A DNA stretch of 64,000 nucleotides from the IMG/VR virus record IMGVR_UViG_3300032242_000723, positions 1-64,000 of that record; one strand, 5' to 3'. Below are positions 56,079 to 64,000 of this stretch, piece after piece (within the stretch, counting starts at the first letter, position 1; each line of letters opens with the position of its first letter). The notes below the pieces were generated by a model that was not told where the DNA came from, made no database searches, and saw only the letters and a list, made by a program, of their open reading frames with translations. A program made the translations under genes and the position numbers.

Positions 56079-56919
56079 GATAAGCGAACTATTCTATTCT
56101 ATTCAGGGCGAAGGAAGATATCAGGGTGTCCCGAGTATCTTCCTTAGGACGTTTGGATGTAACTTCACATGTGGCGGCTTTGGCATGCCTAAGGGAGAAA
56201 TGTCTGCTGAGCGTTTAGCGATTGATCCTAAAGAATATAAAGAATATGATGATCTTCCATTGGTCACTACAGGATGTGACTCGTATGCATCATGGGATCC
56301 TCGCTTTAAGAAGTTGTCCCCAGTGATGACGATTGATGCGATTGTTGATCGTATCATGGAACTATTGCCCCACGGTGAATGGCGTGATGAGCATCTTGTG
56401 ATCACAGGAGGTGAACCATTGCTCGGTTGGCAGAAAGTCTTTCCTGCACTGTTGAGTCATCCTAAAATGGCTAATCTTAAAGAGATTACATTTGAGACTA
56501 ACGGTACACAACCGCTTACTCAGGAGTTTGCAAACTATCTTGAAGATTGGACTTGGCCTCTGGAATATCCAGGATTTGAGCGTGAAGTCACTTTCTCTGT
56601 TAGTCCTAAGTTAAGTTGCAGCGGTGAACTTCGTGAAGAAGCGATCAAGCCTAAGGTCGTCAGTGATTACTATCAAGTAGGACATGTTTATCTCAAGTTT
56701 GTTATCGCAACTGAAGAAGATGCTGAAGAAGCATTGGAAGTCACCAAGTTGTATAATGAAGCTGGGTTTAGAGGTTCGGTATATTTCATGCCAGTTGGTG
56801 GTGTTGAAAGTGTCTATCATCTAAACAATCGCAATGTTGCTGATCTTGCCATGAAACATGGTATTCGTTATAGTGATAGATTACATATCCCTTTGTTCGG
56901 AAACAGTTGGGGAACATAG
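56059..56919 (+). CDS. queE: 7-carboxy-7-deazaguanine synthase (radical SAM)
   Basis: ISELFYSIQGEG, FLRTFGCNFTC...GCDSYASWD, ITGGEPL, FETNGT, SVSPKL, RLHI.LFG. Confidence 0.9.
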   Translation: MSMQSLKISELFYSIQGEGRYQGVPSIFLRTFGCNFTCGGFGMPKGEMSAERLAIDPKEYKEYDDLPLVTTGCDSYASWDPRFKKLSPVMTIDAIVDRIMELLPHGEWRDEHLVITGGEPLLGWQKVFPALLSHPKMANLKEITFETNGTQPLTQEFANYLEDWTWPLEYPGFEREVTFSVSPKLSCSGELREEAIKPKVVSDYYQVGHVYLKFVIATEEDAEEALEVTKLYNEAGFRGSVYFMPVGGVESVYHLNNRNVADLAMKHGIRYSDRLHIPLFGNSWGT

Positions 56920-57173
56920 TGTACCATCCAGATAAAGACTATCTTATGTTATCAGTGGCTACTCGAAAGTTCGCATGGCTACCAAAACGATGTGCGTACA
57001 CCAAAAAGATTCTTTGGCTAACTTGGGCATATTGTCTTGAATATGAGTTTCGTCAAGATTTCAGTACGCATTGGACTTATTCACCTGTTAAAATGGTTCC
57101 GATCCCATACCATTCTCCATATTGGTGTAGCAGCAAAGCATATGTATTCGCAAAACTTAAAGGTGAATTTTGA
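56907..57173 (+). CDS. Hypothetical protein
   Basis: 88 aa, overlapping both neighbours. Confidence 0.45.
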   Translation: MGNIVYHPDKDYLMLSVATRKFAWLPKRCAYTKKILWLTWAYCLEYEFRQDFSTHWTYSPVKMVPIPYHSPYWCSSKAYVFAKLKGEF

Positions 57174-58510
57174 AAACCTACAATAAGCGTATTGGATTTC
57201 TTGTTAGCTCACAAACCTTGATTCCTCACGGTGGTATCGGACAGTTCGCTAAGAGTTTTTGCGAGTTGATGGAATCACATGATATCAAGGTAGATATTAT
57301 TACTGACAAGGCTCCTCAAGGTCTTAGCACAGAGTTTCTTGAATCATTCAATGCTACTGTTATCTATCCAGACGAACCACTTAAGTACACGGATCATAGT
57401 GCAATCTTTATGTATGAGGATAGTTATTGCTATGAGAGAATGGCTAACTTCCGTAGTGCGATCATCAAGGCATTCTCTACTAACATATATGAAACATTAG
57501 TGTGTAATACATATGAAACTGTACAGGTTGCAAGTACATTAGGACTTGAGGAGTGTGTGCAGATTATTGCCTATACTCATCTTGAGAGTCAAATATTCAA
57601 AGACACAAAGAATCCATTCACGAGTAGTGTCAACGAAATGATGCGACTACAGTTATTGATGAATAACATCACGATTGGTACACAGAGTAAGTTCAATAGA
57701 CTTCAGTTTGAAGATGCGGTTCATCTTCCTATTCCAATCACTGAACGTGGACTACTTGAACAACATATCAAGCCTAGAGAAGGCGTACTGTTCATCGGAC
57801 GTTGGGAAGAGGGAAAGAATCCTGAGTTGTTCATCGACTTGATCGAACAGACAAAGTTACCGGCTAAGGTAATGACAAGCACTACTGGTGCTAAGAAGTT
57901 TGAAGAACGATTGAAAAAGATCGGTGCTACTTACGAGATCAAGATCGGCATCATTGGACAAGAAAAGGTAGACTTCATCACGAGTGCGAGGGTAGCATTT
58001 AATCCTAGTACGGTAGAAAGCTATGGTATGGCATTCTATGAGCAAACGATTCAGCTACCTACATTCTGTTTAGATAATCAACGCTGGACACAGAACTTCT
58101 CCAGTCAGTTTTTCTTTACAACAGATAAGAGAAATATGGCTGAGGCCGTTAAAGGTGCATATGAGATGTTTGATACTGCTGAATCTTGGTACGGTAAAGG
58201 ATGGTTAGAGAACAGGATCGCAACAGAAGATCAAGTGTTTCATAAGTGGAACTCATGCTTCTCTGAGTTTGAACCTAAGAAATCAAATAACAATACTGCT
58301 AAGATTTGCAACGAAACTACGACTAAGTATGCTGACTTTGTAGATTCACTGAAGCGTAGGGTTCTGTGTATTGATGACATCAAGTCTGTTTTAACGAACA
58401 AATATAAGTTTAGATTGATCTATACTGATACTGACACATATTTGACTAAGGATCCTCACTTCGAACCTACTGAAGAAGTATCTGGTTTAAGTTTGTTTGC
58501 TGGATTATGA
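57170..58510 (+). CDS. GT-B glycosyltransferase
   Basis: PHGGIGQF, VLFIGRWEEGKNPELF, AFNPSTVESYGMAFYE. Confidence 0.8.
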   Translation: MKTYNKRIGFLVSSQTLIPHGGIGQFAKSFCELMESHDIKVDIITDKAPQGLSTEFLESFNATVIYPDEPLKYTDHSAIFMYEDSYCYERMANFRSAIIKAFSTNIYETLVCNTYETVQVASTLGLEECVQIIAYTHLESQIFKDTKNPFTSSVNEMMRLQLLMNNITIGTQSKFNRLQFEDAVHLPIPITERGLLEQHIKPREGVLFIGRWEEGKNPELFIDLIEQTKLPAKVMTSTTGAKKFEERLKKIGATYEIKIGIIGQEKVDFITSARVAFNPSTVESYGMAFYEQTIQLPTFCLDNQRWTQNFSSQFFFTTDKRNMAEAVKGAYEMFDTAESWYGKGWLENRIATEDQVFHKWNSCFSEFEPKKSNNNTAKICNETTTKYADFVDSLKRRVLCIDDIKSVLTNKYKFRLIYTDTDTYLTKDPHFEPTEEVSGLSLFAGL

Positions 58511-58524
58511 TGTCACCATTATGG

Positions 58525-58553
58525 TTGACATTCTGCCTATTGTCGTATATGAT
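58525..58553 (+). promoter_or_regulatory. Sigma70-type promoter
   Basis: TTGACA-17nt-TATGAT. Confidence 0.75.
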
Positions 58554-58603
58554 GTTTAATATGTTGCGAGTATTCTCTTGCTACCTTATGGAATTATATA
58601 TCT

Positions 58604-59638
58604 ATGACTGATAATATCAAGCGTATTGGTTTTGCGTGTAAGTTTGCAGAAATCAACAAAAAGGGCGAGATCGCTAGTGTCGAGGGTCTTAACACTGGTG
58701 GTACCACGCTAGCCTGGGCAAAGCGTCAATCAAATGCTCGCATCGTTGAAGAAAAGATTATGGATGTCGCAAAACGCAACATCGTAAATACTCACGCACT
58801 TGTCAAAAAGGTAGCAACTCTTCCTGTTGAACTGCGTATGTTACGCATTACCAGTGATATGCTAAGTTTCTATACGCATCCTGACTATCATTATTTTTGG
58901 TCGCGTCAAGATGTTCAGGACAGCCTAGCACGTTGGATGGCTCCTATCGGCGATACTGCTCGCAAACATAATGTTCGCCTATCATTTCATCCTGATCAGT
59001 TTGTAGTTCTTGCTAGTGATCGCGAAGAAGTCGTAGACAACAGTATCCGCGAGTTTGAATATCACGTTGATATGGCACGTTGGATGGGCTATGGCAAGAC
59101 TTTTCAGGATATGAAGATCAATGTTCATATTAGTGGTAGGCAAGGTCCCGATGGTATCAAGAAGGTAATGTCGCGTCTTAGCCCTGAGGCTCGTAACTGT
59201 ATCACTATCGAGAATGACGAGATTACATGGGGCATTGATAGCAGCTTAGAGCTTGCTGATACCTGTGCACTGGTACTCGATATACATCATCACTGGGTCA
59301 TGTCTGGCGAGTATATCGAACCAACTGATGATCGTATTAAGCGTATCGTTGATAGCTGGCGTGGGGTGCGTCCTGTCATTCACTACAGCGTAAGTCGTGA
59401 AGATGTACTGCCTGGTCATTGCAAGGTAACTCGTCCTGAACTAACTACATTACTAGAAAGTGGTCACAATAAACAAAAGCTACGTGCTCATAGTGAATAC
59501 TATTGGAATAGTTCTGTCAACGAGTGGGCAATGGAACACTATGATTGGGCCGATGTGATGTGCGAGAGTAAAGCAAAAAATCTTGCGAGCTTTGCATTAT
59601 ACAATACATACATTAAGAAAAAGGTAACTAATGTTTAA
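58604..59638 (+). CDS. uvsE: UV damage endonuclease
   Basis: RIGFACK, RLSFHPDQF, NVHISG, ITIENDE, VLDIHHHW, HYSVSR, KLRAHS, MCESKAKNLA. Confidence 0.92.
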   Translation: MTDNIKRIGFACKFAEINKKGEIASVEGLNTGGTTLAWAKRQSNARIVEEKIMDVAKRNIVNTHALVKKVATLPVELRMLRITSDMLSFYTHPDYHYFWSRQDVQDSLARWMAPIGDTARKHNVRLSFHPDQFVVLASDREEVVDNSIREFEYHVDMARWMGYGKTFQDMKINVHISGRQGPDGIKKVMSRLSPEARNCITIENDEITWGIDSSLELADTCALVLDIHHHWVMSGEYIEPTDDRIKRIVDSWRGVRPVIHYSVSREDVLPGHCKVTRPELTTLLESGHNKQKLRAHSEYYWNSSVNEWAMEHYDWADVMCESKAKNLASFALYNTYIKKKVTNV

Positions 59639-60092
59639 AGCAATCAAAGACTGGATCAGTCCTCCACCCCCACCCCCTCCCCCGCCACCTCCACCTCCCC
59701 CACCGCCGCCGAAGCCAAAGAAGCCACGTGCTATTCGTAAGCCTAAACCAGTTCCTCCTAAGATAGAACTTACAGCTAAGGAGAAGGCAACGGCTGCAGG
59801 TGAACCATATGTTGCTATTCTACGAGTTGATTTAGATCCTGGTGACATCAATAACGGTTCGTTTGAGTTAGATTGGAACGATAAGTTCTTATTGAATCTG
59901 ATCAAGCAAGGATATAAATTCGCACAAAAAGACACTGATGCTGAGATTGTTGACCGTTGGTTCCAAACAGTATGTCGCAACATCGCAATGGAAGTATATG
60001 AGCAAGAGATTGCTGATCCTGAAAAGCGCGAAAGTGAACTACGCATCATTAGGTCAAAAGATTTAGGCGACGGATTTACTGAGGTTAGTTAA
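59631..60092 (+). CDS. Conserved hypothetical protein with an N-terminal polyproline tract
   Basis: 17 consecutive Pro codons at 59661-59711, then FELDWNDKF...VDRWF. Confidence 0.7.
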   Translation: MFKAIKDWISPPPPPPPPPPPPPPPPPKPKKPRAIRKPKPVPPKIELTAKEKATAAGEPYVAILRVDLDPGDINNGSFELDWNDKFLLNLIKQGYKFAQKDTDAEIVDRWFQTVCRNIAMEVYEQEIADPEKRESELRIIRSKDLGDGFTEVS

Positions 60093-60110
60093 ATTTCGGT
60101 CAAAAGATGC

Positions 60111-60139
60111 TTGACATTTATACCCGATCTTGCTATATT
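60111..60139 (+). promoter_or_regulatory. Sigma70-type promoter
   Basis: TTGACA-17nt-TATATT. Confidence 0.75.
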
Positions 60140-60175
60140 GCATCATAGTCACTCCAACGGGTAAGGAAGAAATCA

Positions 60176-61573
60176 ATGATCTTTAAGCCAAGAAAGTACC
60201 AAAAACGTATTATTACTGCTCAGGATTCGTTCATCGAGGATGTGACCGCTAAGCGGGCCACTATTCTTGCTGCAACTGGTTCCGGAAAGACTGAGTGTTT
60301 CAATGATTTGCTTACTAAGCAATTTCTGACACAAGGCGAAAAGCCTAAGCGTATCCTTATCGCACATCCTCGTATCGCACTTAGCCAAGATCAACAAAAG
60401 CGTCTTGCTAATCGTTTGACAGGAACTGGCGTGGAGTTTACTAGCTTTCACAGTGGTCAGCAAAAGTACCACACTCTTTCTGATCGTAAGAACGTTTCTA
60501 CTACAAATCGTGTTGATTTGCAAAAGATCATGGATGAGGCAAAGGGCCCTCATATCACATTCTCTAGTTATAAGAGTCTTAGTAAGATCGCAAATATGGA
60601 TTTCGATCTTATCATCTGTGATGAGGCTCACAATCTGGTTCAATCAGACCTTCGCGAGTGTTTGCATCTATTCACCAGTAAGACTGTCTTCTACACTGCT
60701 ACGCCTGTTCAGGTTGCTGCACAAGAAGAAAGCATGGACAATATCAGCTTGTTCGGCAACGTAATTGCTACTGTTCCTCCTAGTGAACTTATTCCACTTG
60801 GATATGTTGTTCCTCCTCGGGTACGTACAATTGACGTAAAGAATAAGGTCAACGGCAATACTCCCGACTATGCTACTTGTATCGCAGAGACGTTCAAAGA
60901 TCAACGTAGTCTTGCACACAAGAAGTTTGTGTATAAGATGCTAGTAGCAATGCCATCTACTCTAGTGTTCAACGACATCATGAGTGATCTAGCTGGTATT
61001 CGCAAGATCATCGGTGACTTCAGTGTTGATATCTATTATATCACTGCTGACAACGCGGTTAAAAACGGCCGTATGCTAGTAGACCGTGAAGCTGCATTGG
61101 TAGACTTTGATAAAAATACTAATCCTAGTATCATCATTCACTGTGACACGCTTGCAGAAGGCATTGACGTTTCTGGTATCGGAGGCGTACTCGTCATGCG
61201 TGGTTTGGGTATGGCAAAGGCTATTCAAACGATTGGCCGTGCTGCACGTCCTGCAATTGAAGATGTTCTTCCGAGTGGTAAGATTCGTAAGAACCGCATC
61301 AAGACTGAATGTATCGTTACGATTGCTCGTATCAATGGCGAATGGTGCGGTGACGTTAAGATTGATTGGTGGGTTCAATTGTTCCGTGTTGCTGGATACG
61401 GTGACCTCTGGGACTATTGCGAGCCTAAGACTGTTGAACGCGGTGAAGGTGGCGAGTTGACGGAAGCTGACGATCCTCTCTACGATGAAATTGAGTCTAT
61501 TCGTCACCTTGAAGGTCTCGGTGAATTGCATGACATGCTATTTGGAAGTGATGACAATGCACAGTTGGTTTAA
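60176..61573 (+). CDS. SF2 helicase/ATPase (restriction-associated type)
   Basis: AATGSGKT, ICDEAH, YTATP, LAEGIDV, QTIGRAAR. Confidence 0.88.
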   Translation: MIFKPRKYQKRIITAQDSFIEDVTAKRATILAATGSGKTECFNDLLTKQFLTQGEKPKRILIAHPRIALSQDQQKRLANRLTGTGVEFTSFHSGQQKYHTLSDRKNVSTTNRVDLQKIMDEAKGPHITFSSYKSLSKIANMDFDLIICDEAHNLVQSDLRECLHLFTSKTVFYTATPVQVAAQEESMDNISLFGNVIATVPPSELIPLGYVVPPRVRTIDVKNKVNGNTPDYATCIAETFKDQRSLAHKKFVYKMLVAMPSTLVFNDIMSDLAGIRKIIGDFSVDIYYITADNAVKNGRMLVDREAALVDFDKNTNPSIIIHCDTLAEGIDVSGIGGVLVMRGLGMAKAIQTIGRAARPAIEDVLPSGKIRKNRIKTECIVTIARINGEWCGDVKIDWWVQLFRVAGYGDLWDYCEPKTVERGEGGELTEADDPLYDEIESIRHLEGLGELHDMLFGSDDNAQLV

Positions 61574-62303
61574 ATATTGCACTGATCCTGCTGCATTTGC
61601 GAAGGTTACTACACTACGCAAGTTCATTGAGACTATGCGTAAGCAAGCCAACACCGATGTTGCACTAGTTCCTTATCGCGAAACGGTACGGTTAGAAGAT
61701 TATGATGATATCGAATTTACCGGCGCGTTAAAGGCTCCTCGGTATTTCGGTGCCGGGGTCGAAGCGTTAGCTGAAACATTCTTTGAGGTGTTTGGCAGTG
61801 AGTATAACGTTCAAGGATACAGTAGCCAGGACTCAGTAGAAGTTGACGTAGAAGATACTGGTTATGACGCAGTTGCATATACGTCAAAGCAAAAGAATTA
61901 TGGTAAGCAAATTAGAAAGATTTGCCAACCAGGTAATCATGTATATGTTCAGGTCAAAGGTACCTTGAATCCTACAAAGGAATTCATGACCAATGACGGG
62001 AGTCGTATCATGAATTTCTATGCGAATGCCCAAGGACGTTCTAGGATGATGGGTGAAGCTTACAAGGCAAGGTTCATGCTGTTCACTACTGGCAAAGGGC
62101 TGCACTACAAGCTAGAAGCTAATACCTTTGATGAAATTGAGGTCATCAACTTTAGTATGATCGACAAGAAAATTAACGGCAATCCTTTCTTTTGGAATGC
62201 GTTCTTTATCAAAATGGGCTTGCCTGCAATTCCTATCGAATTTGTTAAGGACCCAGAATATTTGAGTTTAGAAGCTGAACTTGAATTAACCATTGACAAT
62301 TGA
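61551..62303 (+). CDS. Putative Mrr-like PD-(D/E)xK endonuclease
   Basis: GAGVE.LAE.FF...DTGYDA...YVQVK (E...DxGxD...QxK pattern). Confidence 0.6.
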   Translation: MTMHSWFKYCTDPAAFAKVTTLRKFIETMRKQANTDVALVPYRETVRLEDYDDIEFTGALKAPRYFGAGVEALAETFFEVFGSEYNVQGYSSQDSVEVDVEDTGYDAVAYTSKQKNYGKQIRKICQPGNHVYVQVKGTLNPTKEFMTNDGSRIMNFYANAQGRSRMMGEAYKARFMLFTTGKGLHYKLEANTFDEIEVINFSMIDKKINGNPFFWNAFFIKMGLPAIPIEFVKDPEYLSLEAELELTIDN

Positions 62304-62321
62304 TCAGTCTTCGTATATAGT
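62293..62321 (+). promoter_or_regulatory. Sigma70-type promoter for the MTase genes
   Basis: TTGACA-17nt-TATAGT at the end of the nuclease gene. Confidence 0.75.
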
Positions 62322-62357
62322 ACGAAGATAGTAACATCTTACACACAGAGAAAATTT

Positions 62358-63497
62358 ATGGATCTGGTAAAAATCAACGAAGTTATTAGCTATGTGAGGA
62401 CTGGGTTTAAAGGTAAACGCTTTACTAATAACCCGTCTCCATTCACTCCTGCTCCTCTATCGAAAGAGATTCTAAACAAGATTCCTGACGTGTCGGGAAA
62501 AATTGCCGTTTTCTTTACAGTTGAGTTTGCAGTTGAATTGCGGGTACGCGGCGCGGATGATGTGACGATCATTACTGAGCAACATTGCCCTGAAACAAAG
62601 ATCATAGCTGACTATCTTGGTTATAAGTACATGTTGCTACAAGATGTAGAGGGAAACGATATGAAATTCGATGTGGTAGTTGGTAATCCGCCTTATCAAG
62701 GTACAGCAGAAACACACCAAAAATTCTTCAACATGGCAGTTGAACTGACTAAGGACGGTGGTATAGTATCTTTCATACAACCTGCTACTCCGTACTTTAA
62801 TAAAAAAGAAAAGGTCGGCAATCACACTACGGAAATGATCTCAAACATCAAAAAATATCGGTGTGAGGTAAAAATTGTTAGCGGATCAGTATTTGCGGCG
62901 GCAAACATCAATACAGCCTTGGCTATTACGTTATTGACTAAGCTACCAAACACTGCAGGAAATTTAGTAAAATATGAGAGTGAATTGGGCAGGCAATATC
63001 AAAATATCAGTATTGACGCCATTAACATGTTAGATATGGATCCGATATTATACCAATCATTGGTAAATAAGGTATTTAACGTTGTTAATAAAAACGGTTC
63101 AATACAAGAGTTAATTACTACCGATCTATGCGAAAAAAAATTAGACATGAAGCAAATACGGGGAAATGCAGGGCGGCAAGATTTCTATACGTTGATTTCT
63201 CGTGATGCTACAAATTGGAAGGTAGATACTAAGTTTGAATACGGATTATCAGTCAGCGGAATAGCTGACGTTTCCTTTCTAACTAATTATCTAACTTCCT
63301 ACATCGCTAGGTTTTGTTTGTCTATATATAAATTTAATGCAAACAACCATCGAGGAGAACTGCGTAGTGTTCCTCAAGTCCCGTTTAATGTAGACTGGGA
63401 TGACAAAAAGCTTTGCACTTATTTTGGTATCACTGATATTGAGTATGCAGAGATCATTAGGTGTATTCCAGACTATCACGGAAAAAATGTGTCGTAA
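62358..63497 (+). CDS. Adenine MTase catalytic half plus TRD (Eco57I-like)
   Basis: KFDVVVGNPPYQ, FF..A..L.KDGG.VSFIQP; no intact DPxxGxG SAM-binding motif. Confidence 0.8.
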   Translation: MDLVKINEVISYVRTGFKGKRFTNNPSPFTPAPLSKEILNKIPDVSGKIAVFFTVEFAVELRVRGADDVTIITEQHCPETKIIADYLGYKYMLLQDVEGNDMKFDVVVGNPPYQGTAETHQKFFNMAVELTKDGGIVSFIQPATPYFNKKEKVGNHTTEMISNIKKYRCEVKIVSGSVFAAANINTALAITLLTKLPNTAGNLVKYESELGRQYQNISIDAINMLDMDPILYQSLVNKVFNVVNKNGSIQELITTDLCEKKLDMKQIRGNAGRQDFYTLISRDATNWKVDTKFEYGLSVSGIADVSFLTNYLTSYIARFCLSIYKFNANNHRGELRSVPQVPFNVDWDDKKLCTYFGITDIEYAEIIRCIPDYHGKNVS

Positions 63498-63500
63498 ACT

Positions 63501-63947
63501 ATGCAAGTATCTAAGATAGTCGATCACATCCGCAACCGCTCGTACATGAGCGGAGTTGAACGAAGCAACCTAAGAGTGAAGGCTACCGGTGAAGTCTTCA
63601 CTCCAACTCCACTTGTTCAAGAGATACTAGATAAGTTGGATCCTATTCTGTTCACGGATCCAACTAAGACCTTTATCGACCCTAGTTGTGGCGATGGGCA
63701 ATTCTTAGGTGAAGTTCTTATCCGCAAGATAGAGAACGGTAGCACGTTTGAACAGGCATTAGGTACTATATATGGTGTCGATCTGATGCAAGACAACGTT
63801 GATCTATGTCGTGATAGATTACTATGCGGAAGAGAAGACCTCAGACACATTGTCGAAAAGAACATTGTGTGCCATGATGGACTTACGTATGACTATTCGT
63901 TCGGCGAGACCGTAGCGTTTGGCAATGGTTTCTTTAGCTTCACATAA
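63501..63947 (+). CDS. Adenine MTase SAM-binding half
   Basis: TGEVFTP.PLV.EIL, FIDPSCGDGQFL, IYGVDL; no NPPY motif. Confidence 0.82.
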   Translation: MQVSKIVDHIRNRSYMSGVERSNLRVKATGEVFTPTPLVQEILDKLDPILFTDPTKTFIDPSCGDGQFLGEVLIRKIENGSTFEQALGTIYGVDLMQDNVDLCRDRLLCGREDLRHIVEKNIVCHDGLTYDYSFGETVAFGNGFFSFT

Positions 63948-63950
63948 GGC

Positions 63951-63979
63951 TTGACATCTATCCATTAAGTGCGTATATT
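63951..63979 (+). promoter_or_regulatory. Sigma70-type promoter for the next gene
   Basis: TTGACA-17nt-TATATT. Confidence 0.7.
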
Positions 63980-64000
63980 AAATGATCGAACGTTAACATG

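Noticed and set aside
59597-60049. Minus-strand ORF with a poly-Gly run
   Set aside because: Antisense shadow of the polyproline tract.
1-64000. Stop-codon reassignment, as seen in some large phages
   Set aside because: Conserved genes (polB, clpA, folE, phoH) are full length under the standard code, and TAA, TGA and TAG all terminate genes at expected positions.
1-64000. tRNA, rRNA or CRISPR loci
   Set aside because: Intergenic gaps are short and explained by promoters, terminators or HEG leaders; I saw no T-loop/cloverleaf or repeat-spacer pattern by eye. A tRNAscan run would be the definitive check.

Overview
This window is a 64-kb segment of a large T4-like/jumbo tailed dsDNA phage genome. 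It is AT-rich, gene-dense, mostly + strand and uses the standard genetic code; I found no rRNA, tRNA or CRISPR array. Left to right: (1) the end of a giant repeat-built tail fibre, virion proteins, a GH19 endolysin and baseplate proteins (1-15.3 kb). (2) A DnaE fragment, GroES, clamp loader, PhoH, holin, DnaJ and ClpA (15.6-26 kb). (3) A late region (about 28-45.5 kb) of proteins with T4 capsid-targeting-like N-termini (MKIxEIIxE) built from shuffled modules bounded by xxE sites; these look like protease-processed capsid cargo. (4) Family B DNA polymerase, sliding clamp, and a 7-deazaguanine DNA-modification cluster (TGT/DpdA-like, DpdL-like, FolE, QueD, QueE) interleaved with two glycosyltransferases, a PRTase and an MBD4-like glycosylase, then UvsE (46-59.6 kb). 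(5) A helicase / Mrr-like nuclease / split adenine-MTase module (60-64 kb). Six free-standing endonuclease genes (5 HNH, 1 GIY-YIG-like) are scattered through the window. All six carry the same approximately 65-nt covarying two-hairpin 5' leader behind a TAAATA late promoter, which is the most striking unexplained element. Family assignments are from motif recognition only; no database search was run.
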